DNA of 50,913 nucleotides from a virus (IMGVR_UViG_3300012347_000312:1-50913); one strand, 5' to 3'; counted from the first letter of the stretch, positions 23,937 through 34,141 are shown. Notes: generated from the sequence alone by a model not told the origin. Made by a program: numbers and translations.

Positions 23937-26349
23937 CTTGATTGTTACCCGGAGCAAAACGGAATAATCCATCTTCTTCGGTTGTAGGTGGTTTATTAAC
24001 TTTAATTAATGCCCCGTCGGCTTGTATAACCGTTTCTGTAGTATTAGTAAATTCTGTAGGTGTCTCGGTATATTGAGGCACTGGCACTTTGGGATTGTCA
24101 ATAATCTCAGCCATGTCCTGATCAACAACTTCTCGTTGAGTTATTCCTTCAGCAGGTACGTTTACTAGGTCAATCTCTTCGCCGTAATATTCAACAAAAT
24201 CTATTGCAAACTGCCCTTGGCGTGCTGCAATTTTTATTTCTGTTGTTTCTTCTGTTGTTGCAAATCCGTCGACCCATTTTACAACATCAGTAACACCATA
24301 TTCTGTAGCTGGTTGCAACAATGTAGCAACTAGTCTAGGATCCTCGTTTTCACTTACTGCACCAGAATCGACTAATCCAACAAATGCCGCGGCCATAAGT
24401 CCAACTTGCACAATATTTTGTATAGGCTTGCTGCTCAGATAGTCTAATATACCACTAATGCCATATTGTCCAGACCAAACAGAATCAGAACTTAGCACTG
24501 TTGAAGGCGCAGCGCCGCCACTGATTAATTTAAGAGCTGACGATTTAACAAATCCAGCAGATACCAAGCCTTCGACGCTTTGTCCATATTCGCCAACTCC
24601 TCTGCCGGGCTTGCCCAAGTCAGGGCCAACATACACAGGATTGTTGTCCTCAGTTAGTTGCCACCCTGGCATTAGATTGCCGTCGTCGTCGTATGCAGGA
24701 AATTGCGCGGCCTTTGCTTGTGCTGTTTGAGCTGTTAACGCAGTTACTTGTGAAACTGACAGTGGGCCAACAGTTGATACTGCAACTGGTTCAGCTACTA
24801 ATCTTTCTAATGTTACACCGTTTTGAACTGGCTGTGCATTAATTTCTTCGTAGGCTTTTCTAATAATACTATTCGAATCCGGAACATCAATTTTAACTGG
24901 ATTCATGTTAGTGGTAACATCTGCGCCTCGATTATGACCAAAATAAGGTTCGTGCGTTGGAGCTCTATTGCAAACTGTTGTTAGAGATGCATCTTTAATT
25001 GTCCACCCTTTGCCTGTTATATATTCAGTGTCGGGCAAATTATATTCTGGTAATCCAGGAAACGCCGGAACTGGGATACTTTGGCCACCGTTGAGATTTA
25101 TCATTTTGCCGGTCAAGTTGAGTTGAGAGTCGCTTCTTGCACTTACCATTTTTCCTTGCAGAGCAAGAGTTCCGTCACTTCTTAGTCCCAACGTTTGTGA
25201 CGATGACAATAGTGCGAAGTTTTCACCTTTCATGAGTAGTTTGTCATCGCTTTCAACAATCATAGTTTTTTTACTTTTGATTCTAAAGTTTCCGCCGGAA
25301 AACATGTTTATGCCTTTATCACCATGGAAGTTAAGCACACCTTCGGATCTAAGATTAATAGAATTTGTAGAATAAACATCAACTGTTCCTTGTTTGCCAA
25401 GCTCAATCCAGGTCTGTCCGTTGGCATGGGTAATGAAGAAAGCGTCACCATCGTCGCTCATTGTAATCTGATGGCCTTTAGCAGTGCGAATACGAACTAG
25501 CGTATCATTGCCGTCAATATCTCCGTCGTCCATAACAAATGTATGTCCGCCTTGGCGTCCAACTACAGCAATGTCTTGAAGTTTAACTTGGCCTTTTTCA
25601 AACGCTGCCTTTAAGGCCTTGTCGCTACCACCACCTTGATAGATTGGCTTACCAGGAGTTGAAATACCGTAACAATTAGATGGGCTTTCTCGTTGGGCAC
25701 TACTTTTAATTGGCCCACGGACAGGGTCTTTATTCAGACCCTGTTGATATAAAATTGCTTCCACTGTGCTTTGCACCGGCTTTTCTTTGTCAAAGAATCT
25801 TGGATCGTCTGTAAATTTTGGATCAATGTCATTGACTTCTGCAACTGGTGCAGCGGTAGTTCCAGCAAGAAGTTGTTGTTGTGATGTACTGTTTGCGCTG
25901 TAGTTAGATACAGCACCGATAGCAGGAATCATTCTGTTGATACCATCCTCTGGTATACATCCAAGATAATATCCACCAATGGTTGGGTCTCCCCCTACAA
26001 AGAAACACAAAACTTTTGTGCCAAGCTCCGGCGGAGTAAACCACATACCATAACTGTTTCTGTTTCCTGGATATGATCCCACACCAGCTGAGCCAGACTG
26101 CTTTGTCGCTCCGTAAAATGGAGAGATATATCTAACAGTTCTCCAGGTTGTTGGATCGTCTAGATTTGGGCTTCCATCAGTATCAGTTGCACCAAATTGC
26201 TGAATCCATACTTGAAGTCTTCCTGACCTAGTATTGTCGATATTGTTAACTACAATACCCACAAACGGTCCCATCTCAACAGGGTTGCCGCCACGGTCAA
26301 ATTTGTATTCCTCGGGACGACCTAAACTTCTCTGTAAATTATCTGCCAT
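23932..26349 (-). CDS. gp5: Baseplate central spike, gp5/VgrG-like
   Basis: OB-fold N-terminus (GIVVNNIDNTRSGRLQVWI...YGMWFTPPELGTKVLCFF), beta-helix region (GHTFVMDDG..RIRTAKGHQITMSD), RAPTHEPY..H motif, long C-terminal extension. Confidence 0.8.
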   Translation of the reverse strand: MADNLQRSLGRPEEYKFDRGGNPVEMGPFVGIVVNNIDNTRSGRLQVWIQQFGATDTDGSPNLDDPTTWRTVRYISPFYGATKQSGSAGVGSYPGNRNSYGMWFTPPELGTKVLCFFVGGDPTIGGYYLGCIPEDGINRMIPAIGAVSNYSANSTSQQQLLAGTTAAPVAEVNDIDPKFTDDPRFFDKEKPVQSTVEAILYQQGLNKDPVRGPIKSSAQRESPSNCYGISTPGKPIYQGGGSDKALKAAFEKGQVKLQDIAVVGRQGGHTFVMDDGDIDGNDTLVRIRTAKGHQITMSDDGDAFFITHANGQTWIELGKQGTVDVYSTNSINLRSEGVLNFHGDKGINMFSGGNFRIKSKKTMIVESDDKLLMKGENFALLSSSQTLGLRSDGTLALQGKMVSARSDSQLNLTGKMINLNGGQSIPVPAFPGLPEYNLPDTEYITGKGWTIKDASLTTVCNRAPTHEPYFGHNRGADVTTNMNPVKIDVPDSNSIIRKAYEEINAQPVQNGVTLERLVAEPVAVSTVGPLSVSQVTALTAQTAQAKAAQFPAYDDDGNLMPGWQLTEDNNPVYVGPDLGKPGRGVGEYGQSVEGLVSAGFVKSSALKLISGGAAPSTVLSSDSVWSGQYGISGILDYLSSKPIQNIVQVGLMAAAFVGLVDSGAVSENEDPRLVATLLQPATEYGVTDVVKWVDGFATTEETTEIKIAARQGQFAIDFVEYYGEEIDLVNVPAEGITQREVVDQDMAEIIDNPKVPVPQYTETPTEFTNTTETVIQADGALIKVNKPPTTEEDGLFRFAPGNNQG

Positions 26350-26362
26350 TCTATACTACCTA

Positions 26363-29164
26363 TTATTGATCTTTGACTATGTTTTGCGGTCCGGTGCGTA
26401 TTCCCGGTAGTGCAAAATTGGCTGCATTGTTAGTTCCAGCAGCAAATGATGCTTTAGCTGCTTCTAATGCTGCTGCCGGGGTTGCGCCGCCACGTCGTGC
26501 TTGTATATACACCGGACTTGCCTGGAGCTGACTTAAACTAGGATTGTCTGCTTGCACTGCTGGTGTCAACAGTTGTTGAGTTCCTTTGGCCAACGAGGAC
26601 GATGGTGTTGGATCTGTAACAGTTGACCTTGTGTACTGCCAAGGTATAGCCTTAGTAATTGTTGGTGCAGCTCTATTAGAAGATGTTCTAATGTCCTGAG
26701 GCGCTGGGCGACCTTCGCCCTTGCCCGGTGGGTAAAATACCATTAACGACCCTTTGATCTCCTGGGTAAACTTACCTTTGTTAAAACTACTTGTAAGTTC
26801 CTTGGCAATGTAAATGCGACTAACTTGTGCGTTTTCTGGTGTTTGTGTGTATTGATCAGATTGTGCTGTAGAGTTTAACTTATCGGCGCTGGGCTGAATC
26901 AAGCCTGTTGCTAAGTTATAGTCTCTAGGTGTGTTGAATGCAACCTCAAACAAGATTTGTTGACTGTCAAAATTGATTGTGCCGTCAGACAAGAATGCTC
27001 TAAAATAATAAGGATCGCCCTTGGGCAAAGATACAAACGCTTCCCCTTGTTGTAGCCAAGCAGGATCTCCCACAATAGACATATTACATTCTTTTAAATC
27101 GCCAGGATTGTATAGTTGATCTGATGCATTAGCTGCTGGTTCGTTTGCACGACCCTCGGCGCCGGTCGTTGATTGTCCACTAGTGGTACTAGGTGCGTAT
27201 TTTAATAGTTCATTGATATTCTCTGCGCCGCTAACTGAACTAGTCATGCCTCCTAAGTTTGTATTAGTTAGAACAAGATAGTACAAGCCATTTAAATTTT
27301 CTTCATAGCTTAAAACAGAATTATTTTGCCCAGTAAACCAATATTTGTAACTTTTATGCACACCATTGTAGACCGGCGGTTTAAAGTATGTGCTATTCAA
27401 TTGAGATACTTTGTATGGGGCAATAGTATAGGTTATCTTGTAGGCGTAATCATTTCGTTTTTCGTCATACTGATCATACTTTGGCTCTGCTTTGAATCCA
27501 ATCTTATACCAAGCGGTGTTTTTTAAATTCACACCTGGCCCGGCAGTTTCCTTGCCGTTGTTGGCATTAATAATAAGAGTTTGTTGGTCTCTAATGTAAC
27601 TACTGTTTTTAATCTGGTTATCAATGAACTGAACAATTTGCATACCGGCAGTAGCAGCGATTGTTTGCGAATTAGGATCCATGCTTTGTTTTGATCCTAA
27701 TTTTTGGTCCGCGGCAGTACCCGGAGTTGACATCGATGTTGCACTTTTGTTCAGGCCTGGATTTATAATAGTAGCAGATGCCATGCTATCTAATATAAAC
27801 TCAATATTGTATTCGTCGGCGTATTGTATAACTCCGTCATTTTTTAATTTTTGTTGATACTCATTTAGTGCCGTGACTAAACTTTGTCTGACTGTTTTCT
27901 TGTTAGTAGTAGCTGCCGGTGCGTTGGCAGGTGCAGTGCCAGCGGCAGGTAACCCAGATCCACCAAGTACATCCTTGAGAGTCTTGCCACTAAATTCTAC
28001 GTTGTAAGGGATAGTGCCTCGTTGAGAACTTGCATTAATTTGATATGGCGGTGCTTTAGCAACAATCTCATATTCAACTGCTTTGTTTGCAATTCTAAAT
28101 CCTACCTTGGAAATAATCAACGGATACCATTTTTCAACAAATGCGTTAGGATCGCTAGTGCCATTTTTGGCTGTGCCACCACGCACTAAATTACCTCGGT
28201 CGTCGTATCCATAGAATCTCACAACAAACAAATAAATTTGGCTGGTAAAGTTTCGTTTTTTGTTTTCTGCACTACCTAAAAATTGTTGTACTGCCGCGTC
28301 AAGATTTTGCACGAAGCTTATGCCATTTGGTTCAACGATAGTCATTGAAATTTCTTTGACATTATGAGACAAGCGAACAGACTTGCCAGCAATAAAACTT
28401 TTGATATCAAATCTGTCAATATAGTAATCTAAATTAAAGAAATCGTTTCTTCCAGCACCTTGTGGTGCGCCGCCAGTTTGCACCAATAGTTTTGCATTGG
28501 CTAAACTTTTATTGCCTGTATTGATAGATTGCTGGTAAGAGTTTTTGTCCATCAAGTACAAACTAGCCTGGTATGTATAACTTGAGTATTGGTCAAGCAC
28601 GTTAGGCTGGGGTTTTATTTCTGATTCCCAGTCAATTGCGTTTAAAGATGAAACAATCGGGCTGCTGCTACCGCCGCCGTCGTCGTTTCTTGCACCAACA
28701 CCTGGCAAGCCACCTGGCTGAGGAGTTGTTGAATTAGCAATTCTTGGACCCGTGGTCGCAATAGACCCTCCCACCGACGGGCTTTGTGTTTGTAAGTAGG
28801 GTCTTAACTCTGCATCTGTCCCAAAATCATTGATTTTTGTTGGATCGAATTTGTTTGCATTTGAGCCAGAAGTAGTGTCTGGTGCTGGCTTTATTCTACC
28901 ATTGTCGGCTGTTAATAATCCACTACCGGGGTTAATCTCATTGGCTCGATCAACTTGTGCTGCTTGGTCATCTCGGACAACTTGCCCTGAACTTGCAGTG
29001 GCTTGCAAATTATCAATTTGCAAAAGTGTTGTTCGTATTTGAGAATTTAAATCCTGTATCTGAGGCAGCAGATTGTTTTCACCAGCTTCGTACCTAGCAC
29101 CTAATGCATCTCGTTGTGCAACGAGTCGTTGATACTTAATTTCTAATTCGACTAAGCCTGACAT
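26363..29164 (-). CDS. Baseplate hub / tail structural protein
   Basis: PNVLDQYSSYTYQASLY, MTIVEPNG, MSIVGDPAWL, SSFNKGKFTQEI; lies between gp53-like and gp5-like genes as hub genes do. Confidence 0.6.
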   Translation of the reverse strand: MSGLVELEIKYQRLVAQRDALGARYEAGENNLLPQIQDLNSQIRTTLLQIDNLQATASSGQVVRDDQAAQVDRANEINPGSGLLTADNGRIKPAPDTTSGSNANKFDPTKINDFGTDAELRPYLQTQSPSVGGSIATTGPRIANSTTPQPGGLPGVGARNDDGGGSSSPIVSSLNAIDWESEIKPQPNVLDQYSSYTYQASLYLMDKNSYQQSINTGNKSLANAKLLVQTGGAPQGAGRNDFFNLDYYIDRFDIKSFIAGKSVRLSHNVKEISMTIVEPNGISFVQNLDAAVQQFLGSAENKKRNFTSQIYLFVVRFYGYDDRGNLVRGGTAKNGTSDPNAFVEKWYPLIISKVGFRIANKAVEYEIVAKAPPYQINASSQRGTIPYNVEFSGKTLKDVLGGSGLPAAGTAPANAPAATTNKKTVRQSLVTALNEYQQKLKNDGVIQYADEYNIEFILDSMASATIINPGLNKSATSMSTPGTAADQKLGSKQSMDPNSQTIAATAGMQIVQFIDNQIKNSSYIRDQQTLIINANNGKETAGPGVNLKNTAWYKIGFKAEPKYDQYDEKRNDYAYKITYTIAPYKVSQLNSTYFKPPVYNGVHKSYKYWFTGQNNSVLSYEENLNGLYYLVLTNTNLGGMTSSVSGAENINELLKYAPSTTSGQSTTGAEGRANEPAANASDQLYNPGDLKECNMSIVGDPAWLQQGEAFVSLPKGDPYYFRAFLSDGTINFDSQQILFEVAFNTPRDYNLATGLIQPSADKLNSTAQSDQYTQTPENAQVSRIYIAKELTSSFNKGKFTQEIKGSLMVFYPPGKGEGRPAPQDIRTSSNRAAPTITKAIPWQYTRSTVTDPTPSSSLAKGTQQLLTPAVQADNPSLSQLQASPVYIQARRGGATPAAALEAAKASFAAGTNNAANFALPGIRTGPQNIVKDQ

Positions 29165-29165
29165 A

Positions 29166-29468
29166 TTAGAATCCTAATGTTTCTTGAAGCGTTGTGATCT
29201 TTGGCAAGTATATCAATGTTCCTGTTTTAAAATCCAGCGGAGGTGCTTGTAATGTGTTGGGATTTCGTTGATAGAACACCCACCATAATGTCGACGTTTG
29301 ATACAAGTCGTAAGCTAACAAATCGGGTCTGTACTGATATGTTTCTGTAATAACCCATTCCTGGTCATCCTGGAATTTAGGAATAGGTCTGTTTACCATG
29401 ACGTCAAGGTAAAATTGTGTGTATCCTGTATTAAAATACGGACTTGTTGATTCGTAACTTGTTGCCAT
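29166..29468 (-). CDS. gp53: Baseplate wedge protein, gp53/LysM-like
   Basis: YQYRPDLLAYDLYQTSTLWWVF..RN...G..IYLP. Confidence 0.8.
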   Translation of the reverse strand: MATSYESTSPYFNTGYTQFYLDVMVNRPIPKFQDDQEWVITETYQYRPDLLAYDLYQTSTLWWVFYQRNPNTLQAPPLDFKTGTLIYLPKITTLQETLGF

Positions 29469-32413
29469 TACCAGTATCCACCTTTTAGTAAATTACCGTT
29501 TGCAAATTCCTTGACACTGAAGTTATTACTTATTTGTGAACGGCTTTGTATTGGTAATAATGTAATTGATATTTCCATCTTGGTCGGCACGTAGGTCGGG
29601 CTCGAAGATGCTAAATTATTTGCCAGTGATAACGGCGAATTTGATAATGCACCTGCCACTAAGTTGCTGTTTAATAAACGATTCACACTGTACGACAGCG
29701 GGTTATTTGCAAGAGGATTTCTCAAACGACTGTTAAGTCTGTTAGTATTATTCTGAAGTGTACTTTGGCATCGGATGTAGTCAACATCAGGCGGCAATGT
29801 ATAGTTAAATTGACTTACAACGCAAGGGTGCTCGGCAAATTGATAATCGCCATACCCATTTAAGTAAACCAAAGGTGGCGGAGCTCCTCGTTGAGTGTCA
29901 TTACCATAAAACATTTTAGTGCAGCTACGGAAGAAGTGTATTACTGCCAACAAGTAATCGCCTTCTTTTGTATCCTGGGCTGTGAATGTTCCGCGGATGT
30001 TAACTGCATCAACATAACTGCCTTTGTAAAAGTAACCTCTATAGTTTGAGTGTGTTAAATCGTATGCGTCATAGTTTGCTTTGTACGCTGTTTCAATAGA
30101 TGGTGTATAAGGAAATATCACACCGTCAGTGAGTTTCAACGCCGACAAAATTCCCGGCTGCGGAGAGTTATACAAATAATTACTGTTCGGTGCAAGTTTC
30201 AATCGTACACGCCAATCTGTTGATTGTGCTTTGGTATTTCTTAATTCTCTAATTGTTTGTTGAGCTCTTGCCTGATTGGTCTGCGCAACTGTAATCGTAT
30301 TGGTTGTAGATGTCGCATTAGCGCCATCGGGTCCAGTAAACAAATTAGTTATACTTGATATTGCATTTGCACCGGCACCCACGATTCCAGATGCAATAGC
30401 AGACACTGATGCCGCTACACTAGTTAATGTAATGCCGCTAGAAATATTTAAATTATTTTCGGCTGCGGTAGCCTGTTGCTGTGTTAATCCTGTTTGTACT
30501 GTTTGCCCGGTTGTGCTATCAAAAATAGAAAAGGTATTAGTTGCAGAATCGTATGCTGTTTTAAATTTGCTAGCACCAGTGTCAAATACCGCGGCGGCTT
30601 GTCCTAATACACTAGTATCAGTAGATGCAACTACCTTTGCTGCTGAGTCTCGTGCGGCAGTTACGGCCTCGGCGGCAGCATTAGTCTGTTCCAATGCCCT
30701 TTGTGTTTCAGACAATTTAACATACTCACCTTTTAATTGTTCTTCGAGTATTGCACGTTCTTCTGCACTGGTATTTGGATTTTCAAGTCGTTGATTGATA
30801 TTGTAGATATTGTCCGAAGTTTTGACAATATCTGCTGTTGCTACTTTTCTATCATTGTCATACTGTTTTAATGCAGCATTTGTTGAATCAACGGTTGCCT
30901 TGGCCTGATTATAATTTTCATTATTTTTAGCAGTAGCTGGATCAACTAAAGAACTCACAAATTTTGGGTTGATATTCTTTTCAAGTTCAGCAGTAGCTTT
31001 AGCATCTAATATAACAAGACCATATTGATCAACTTGATACGGTGACTTGATTGTATTTAAATTTGTACCGGCAACAACTTGTGCCGCTTGATCACGTGCA
31101 GCAATGACCGCTTGTTCTGCTGTATTAGTTTGTTCAAGAGATTTTTGAGCTGTAGCTAATTGATCGTATTGCGCCTTTAATTGTTTTTCAGCAATCGCTC
31201 GTTCTTCATTGGTGGTCTCTGGATCATCGAGTTTTGACTGAATCGTGCTGATGTTGTCAGACGTTCTTATAATATCTTGTGTTGCTGTGGCTTTGTCGGC
31301 ATCGTATTGTTTCAATGCTTTGGTAGTAGAATCAACAGTTGATACAGCCTGGTTGTAATCAGTTATTGTTTGTTTTGTTTGAACTGCGCTAGCAAGTTTA
31401 ATTGTGCTGGTATCAGTGGTTGCAACTATCTTTGCTGCTGAATCTCGTGCGGCAGTTACTGCCTCGGCAGCAGCATTGGTTTGTTCCAAAGACTTTGACG
31501 AAACTGCTAACTTATCGTATTCACCTTTTAACTGTTCCTGGGCAACTGCTCTTTCTTCTTCAGAGATATTAGGATCTTCAAGTTTGTTTTGAATAGCATA
31601 AATGTTGTCCGAGGTGCGTACAATATCAGCTGTATACGTTGCTTTCTCAGAGTCATATTGTTTGAGTGCAGTGTCAGTAGATTCAACAGTTTTTGCAGCT
31701 TGGTTATATGTTTCAGCTTTTTCTGTTGGGCTAGGGCCAAAAAAATCAGAAATAGAGGATCCTGTTTGACGAGCACTGGTTATTCCACTAGATACTCCGC
31801 CAGCTACACCAGCCGTTGCGCCAACAACAGAAACTGCGGCTGTTAACGGTTGTATAATCTGATTGATTGGGTTTTGAATTCCCAATGCGTTCGAAGCAGC
31901 ATTAACAGCTGGAGCTACTTTTTGATATGATGCTAATACCTTCTGTGCGCTTTTGGCAATTGTTCCTACTTCCTTGGATACTGTGTCAGCAACTGATTTG
32001 ATTTTGTCTAGAGACGGCAGTGCATCTTTAACTGCGGTATAACCTGTTGATATAGAGTCTCCCACTGACTTGGCGACATCAGTGAATGAACTAAATGACG
32101 GAAAGGAATCAGTAATGGAACTAAAACTAAAATCCCCAACGCTAGGAATTGAACTTAAAATAGATCCAGAATTAAATGTGTCAAACCAATCAGTGCTACC
32201 TGCAAAGCTACCGGTTGCAGACCAGGCATCAATACTTGCAAGATCACTAATAGGAACGTCAAACGTTGTGCCAAAATCACCAACCGCTCCGATACTAGAT
32301 AAGAATTCTGTACCCGATGTATCAACAACAGAAGTTACGCTACTAAAGTCTGCGAAACTACCAAAGTCAGTAAACGATCCGGCGTCAAAGCTACTAAAAA
32401 AGTCAAAAGGCAT
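29468..32413 (-). CDS. Tail-tube initiator/baseplate protein (gp48/gp54-like C-terminal domain) with a long repeat-containing N-terminal extension
   Basis: C-terminal ~250 aa DWRVRL...GVIFPYTPSI...THSNY...FTAQ...GAPPPLVYLNGYG; N-terminal ~700 aa low-complexity with three helical repeats. Confidence 0.65.
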   Translation of the reverse strand: MPFDFFSSFDAGSFTDFGSFADFSSVTSVVDTSGTEFLSSIGAVGDFGTTFDVPISDLASIDAWSATGSFAGSTDWFDTFNSGSILSSIPSVGDFSFSSITDSFPSFSSFTDVAKSVGDSISTGYTAVKDALPSLDKIKSVADTVSKEVGTIAKSAQKVLASYQKVAPAVNAASNALGIQNPINQIIQPLTAAVSVVGATAGVAGGVSSGITSARQTGSSISDFFGPSPTEKAETYNQAAKTVESTDTALKQYDSEKATYTADIVRTSDNIYAIQNKLEDPNISEEERAVAQEQLKGEYDKLAVSSKSLEQTNAAAEAVTAARDSAAKIVATTDTSTIKLASAVQTKQTITDYNQAVSTVDSTTKALKQYDADKATATQDIIRTSDNISTIQSKLDDPETTNEERAIAEKQLKAQYDQLATAQKSLEQTNTAEQAVIAARDQAAQVVAGTNLNTIKSPYQVDQYGLVILDAKATAELEKNINPKFVSSLVDPATAKNNENYNQAKATVDSTNAALKQYDNDRKVATADIVKTSDNIYNINQRLENPNTSAEERAILEEQLKGEYVKLSETQRALEQTNAAAEAVTAARDSAAKVVASTDTSVLGQAAAVFDTGASKFKTAYDSATNTFSIFDSTTGQTVQTGLTQQQATAAENNLNISSGITLTSVAASVSAIASGIVGAGANAISSITNLFTGPDGANATSTTNTITVAQTNQARAQQTIRELRNTKAQSTDWRVRLKLAPNSNYLYNSPQPGILSALKLTDGVIFPYTPSIETAYKANYDAYDLTHSNYRGYFYKGSYVDAVNIRGTFTAQDTKEGDYLLAVIHFFRSCTKMFYGNDTQRGAPPPLVYLNGYGDYQFAEHPCVVSQFNYTLPPDVDYIRCQSTLQNNTNRLNSRLRNPLANNPLSYSVNRLLNSNLVAGALSNSPLSLANNLASSSPTYVPTKMEISITLLPIQSRSQISNNFSVKEFANGNLLKGGYW
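30610..31710 (-). repeat. Three ~100-aa coding repeats
   Basis: YNQA..TV.ST..ALKQYD......DI..TSDNI..I...L..P....EERA....QLK..Y..L......LEQTN.A..AV.AARD.AA..VA.T x3; 31431-31477 and 30636-30682 match at 44/47 nt. Confidence 0.9.
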
Positions 32414-32419
32414 AAATTA

Positions 32420-33142
32420 TCAATCCTTCACAATCACTGTTTGTTCCAGCGACTCAATATCTTTAGCATCTGTTGCATGGATGCAAAACCAAACGCTGTC
32501 CTCTAGTGCAAGAATAGTATGAGCAACATCTTTTCTAACTTCTATCATTGCAGGAGCAATATACTCTTGAACGATTGCTCCGACTGCAACTCTCACACGC
32601 CCTTGCGCCAGTATGCTAAGATGATTATATACATGCTCATGGGTCGGTACTGTTGTTCCTTTTGGTATGACCATTTTTCTGGCATACACACCGTCAGTAA
32701 AAAAATGTTCTATTTCCGAAGCTTCTTCGTCCAAGGGCACTATCTTTTGATAGTGTTGTCCAATGCCGTAGCAAATAACGTCATCTAGAGTGATCATATC
32801 AATGGGCACTCCTTTAGGGAGGATAAAATGCGCTGGGGCCACAGCCTTGAATCCTTTGCTTGCATCGCCGTCTATTAATACTGCAACTGTTCCTTGACTT
32901 ACAACAACTACTCGTTCTCTTGTTGCGGACTTTAGTTGCAATTTTTTACCTTTTGGAATATTCAACGCATGCACATCCATATCGTGCCCTTCGGTTAGTG
33001 TTTTTAATACTCGTTGCTCAGTAGGCAGCTCATCGGATGTTGCGGTGTTATCTGCAACTAATGCAATGTCAACATGTTCAGACTCTAACAGTGCAGGGTC
33101 GTCATTGAAAGTATCAGTAGGGTTATAGGTTTGGTTATGCAT
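32420..33142 (-). CDS. Tandem cupin-domain protein
   Basis: C-terminal cupin HFFTDGVYARKMVIPKG...THEHVYNHLSILAQG...HTILALED; N-terminal degenerate copy; likely start MHNQ at 33142. Confidence 0.75.
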   Translation of the reverse strand: MHNQTYNPTDTFNDDPALLESEHVDIALVADNTATSDELPTEQRVLKTLTEGHDMDVHALNIPKGKKLQLKSATRERVVVVSQGTVAVLIDGDASKGFKAVAPAHFILPKGVPIDMITLDDVICYGIGQHYQKIVPLDEEASEIEHFFTDGVYARKMVIPKGTTVPTHEHVYNHLSILAQGRVRVAVGAIVQEYIAPAMIEVRKDVAHTILALEDSVWFCIHATDAKDIESLEQTVIVKD

Positions 33143-33147
33143 AGCTT

Positions 33148-33155
33148 TATTTACC
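33148..33155 (-). promoter_or_regulatory. Late promoter-like box GGTAAATA heading the baseplate operon
   Basis: GGTAAATA-aagct-ATG. Confidence 0.6.
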
Positions 33156-33186
33156 CAGATCAATATCTGCCCAGTTTATCTAACTG

Positions 33187-33214
33187 TTGACAACTAGTGC
33201 TTTTGTGTTATAAT
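33187..33214 (+). promoter_or_regulatory. Consensus sigma70 promoter for the gp55 gene
   Basis: TTGACA (33187-33192), 16-nt spacer ending TGt, TATAAT (33209-33214); SD AGGAG at 33227-33231. Confidence 0.8.
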
Positions 33215-33241
33215 AAGTAATCTATTAGGAGATTTTTCCCT

Positions 33242-34141
33242 GTGTCAACACCATTAACAAGAACGCCTGCCAAGGTAAATTACCTCAACAATCGCGACAT
33301 TTTAAAAGAAATTCATTTAAGCAAGAACACATATTGCTGGTACCAAGATCGTGTAAACGACCATCAATACGACATTATTTTGCCTAGCTTGAGCAAGATC
33401 AATCAACGTACAATTGCAGAAGCACGCCGAAACAGAGTTGATCGTATCAAACGTGAAACTGGCGAAGTGTTAAACGAAAAGAAAATTCCACACACTGATT
33501 TAGTGTTTCGTATTACCTGTTGGGACCACGTGCCGTTGGCTCCCAAGAAAATTCCAAAAACAGCGGCTAAAAAGAAAAAGATCGAAGACATTCTAGAGTT
33601 TGAAGAACTAATCGAAAATGATGATGGGTTAGATGAAACACTAGAAACACCAGTGCAAGACACTGCAAAAATGCGATTAAACTTCCCGCCGTTTGAGCAT
33701 TATCGGTTAGATGAAGAAAAGAATCCTGCGTTAGTAGGTAGGTCGCACTGGAAGGGCGATTTAAAAACAGGCGAGTTCTCCAAGGACCACGGCAACATGA
33801 CCAAAAAGCTCGCCTTGATGTTTATAAAACTATGCGAACGCTATGCTACTCGTTCAAACTGGCGTGGCTACACTTACAATGAGGAAATGCGTGGACAGGC
33901 TCTACTACAACTATCTCAAATTGGTTTACAGTTTGACGAATCCAAAAGTCAGAATCCCTTTGCATATTACACTGCCGCCATTACTAACAGCTTTACAAGA
34001 ATTCTTAACATCGAAAAGAAGATGCAAAATATCAGAGATGACATTTTAGAAATAAACGGGTTGAACCCAAGTTGGACAAGACAAAACTCAGGAACGGGCA
34101 ACTATGCGTCCGGACCGGTTGTTTCTACCTACAGCGAGTAG
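33242..34141 (+). CDS. gp55: Late-transcription sigma factor, T4 gp55-like
   Basis: NYLNNRDILKEI; YATRSNWRGYTYNEEMRGQAL...FDESKSQNPFAYYTAAITNSF.RIL..EKK; GTG start after AGGAG. Confidence 0.85.
   Translation: MSTPLTRTPAKVNYLNNRDILKEIHLSKNTYCWYQDRVNDHQYDIILPSLSKINQRTIAEARRNRVDRIKRETGEVLNEKKIPHTDLVFRITCWDHVPLAPKKIPKTAAKKKKIEDILEFEELIENDDGLDETLETPVQDTAKMRLNFPPFEHYRLDEEKNPALVGRSHWKGDLKTGEFSKDHGNMTKKLALMFIKLCERYATRSNWRGYTYNEEMRGQALLQLSQIGLQFDESKSQNPFAYYTAAITNSFTRILNIEKKMQNIRDDILEINGLNPSWTRQNSGTGNYASGPVVSTYSE

Noticed and set aside
30276-32522. Plus-strand ORFs of 150-172 aa opposite the tail-initiator gene
   Set aside because: Antisense shadows caused by biased codon usage in a low-complexity gene; the same applies to the many short antisense ORFs across 5.7-29 kb
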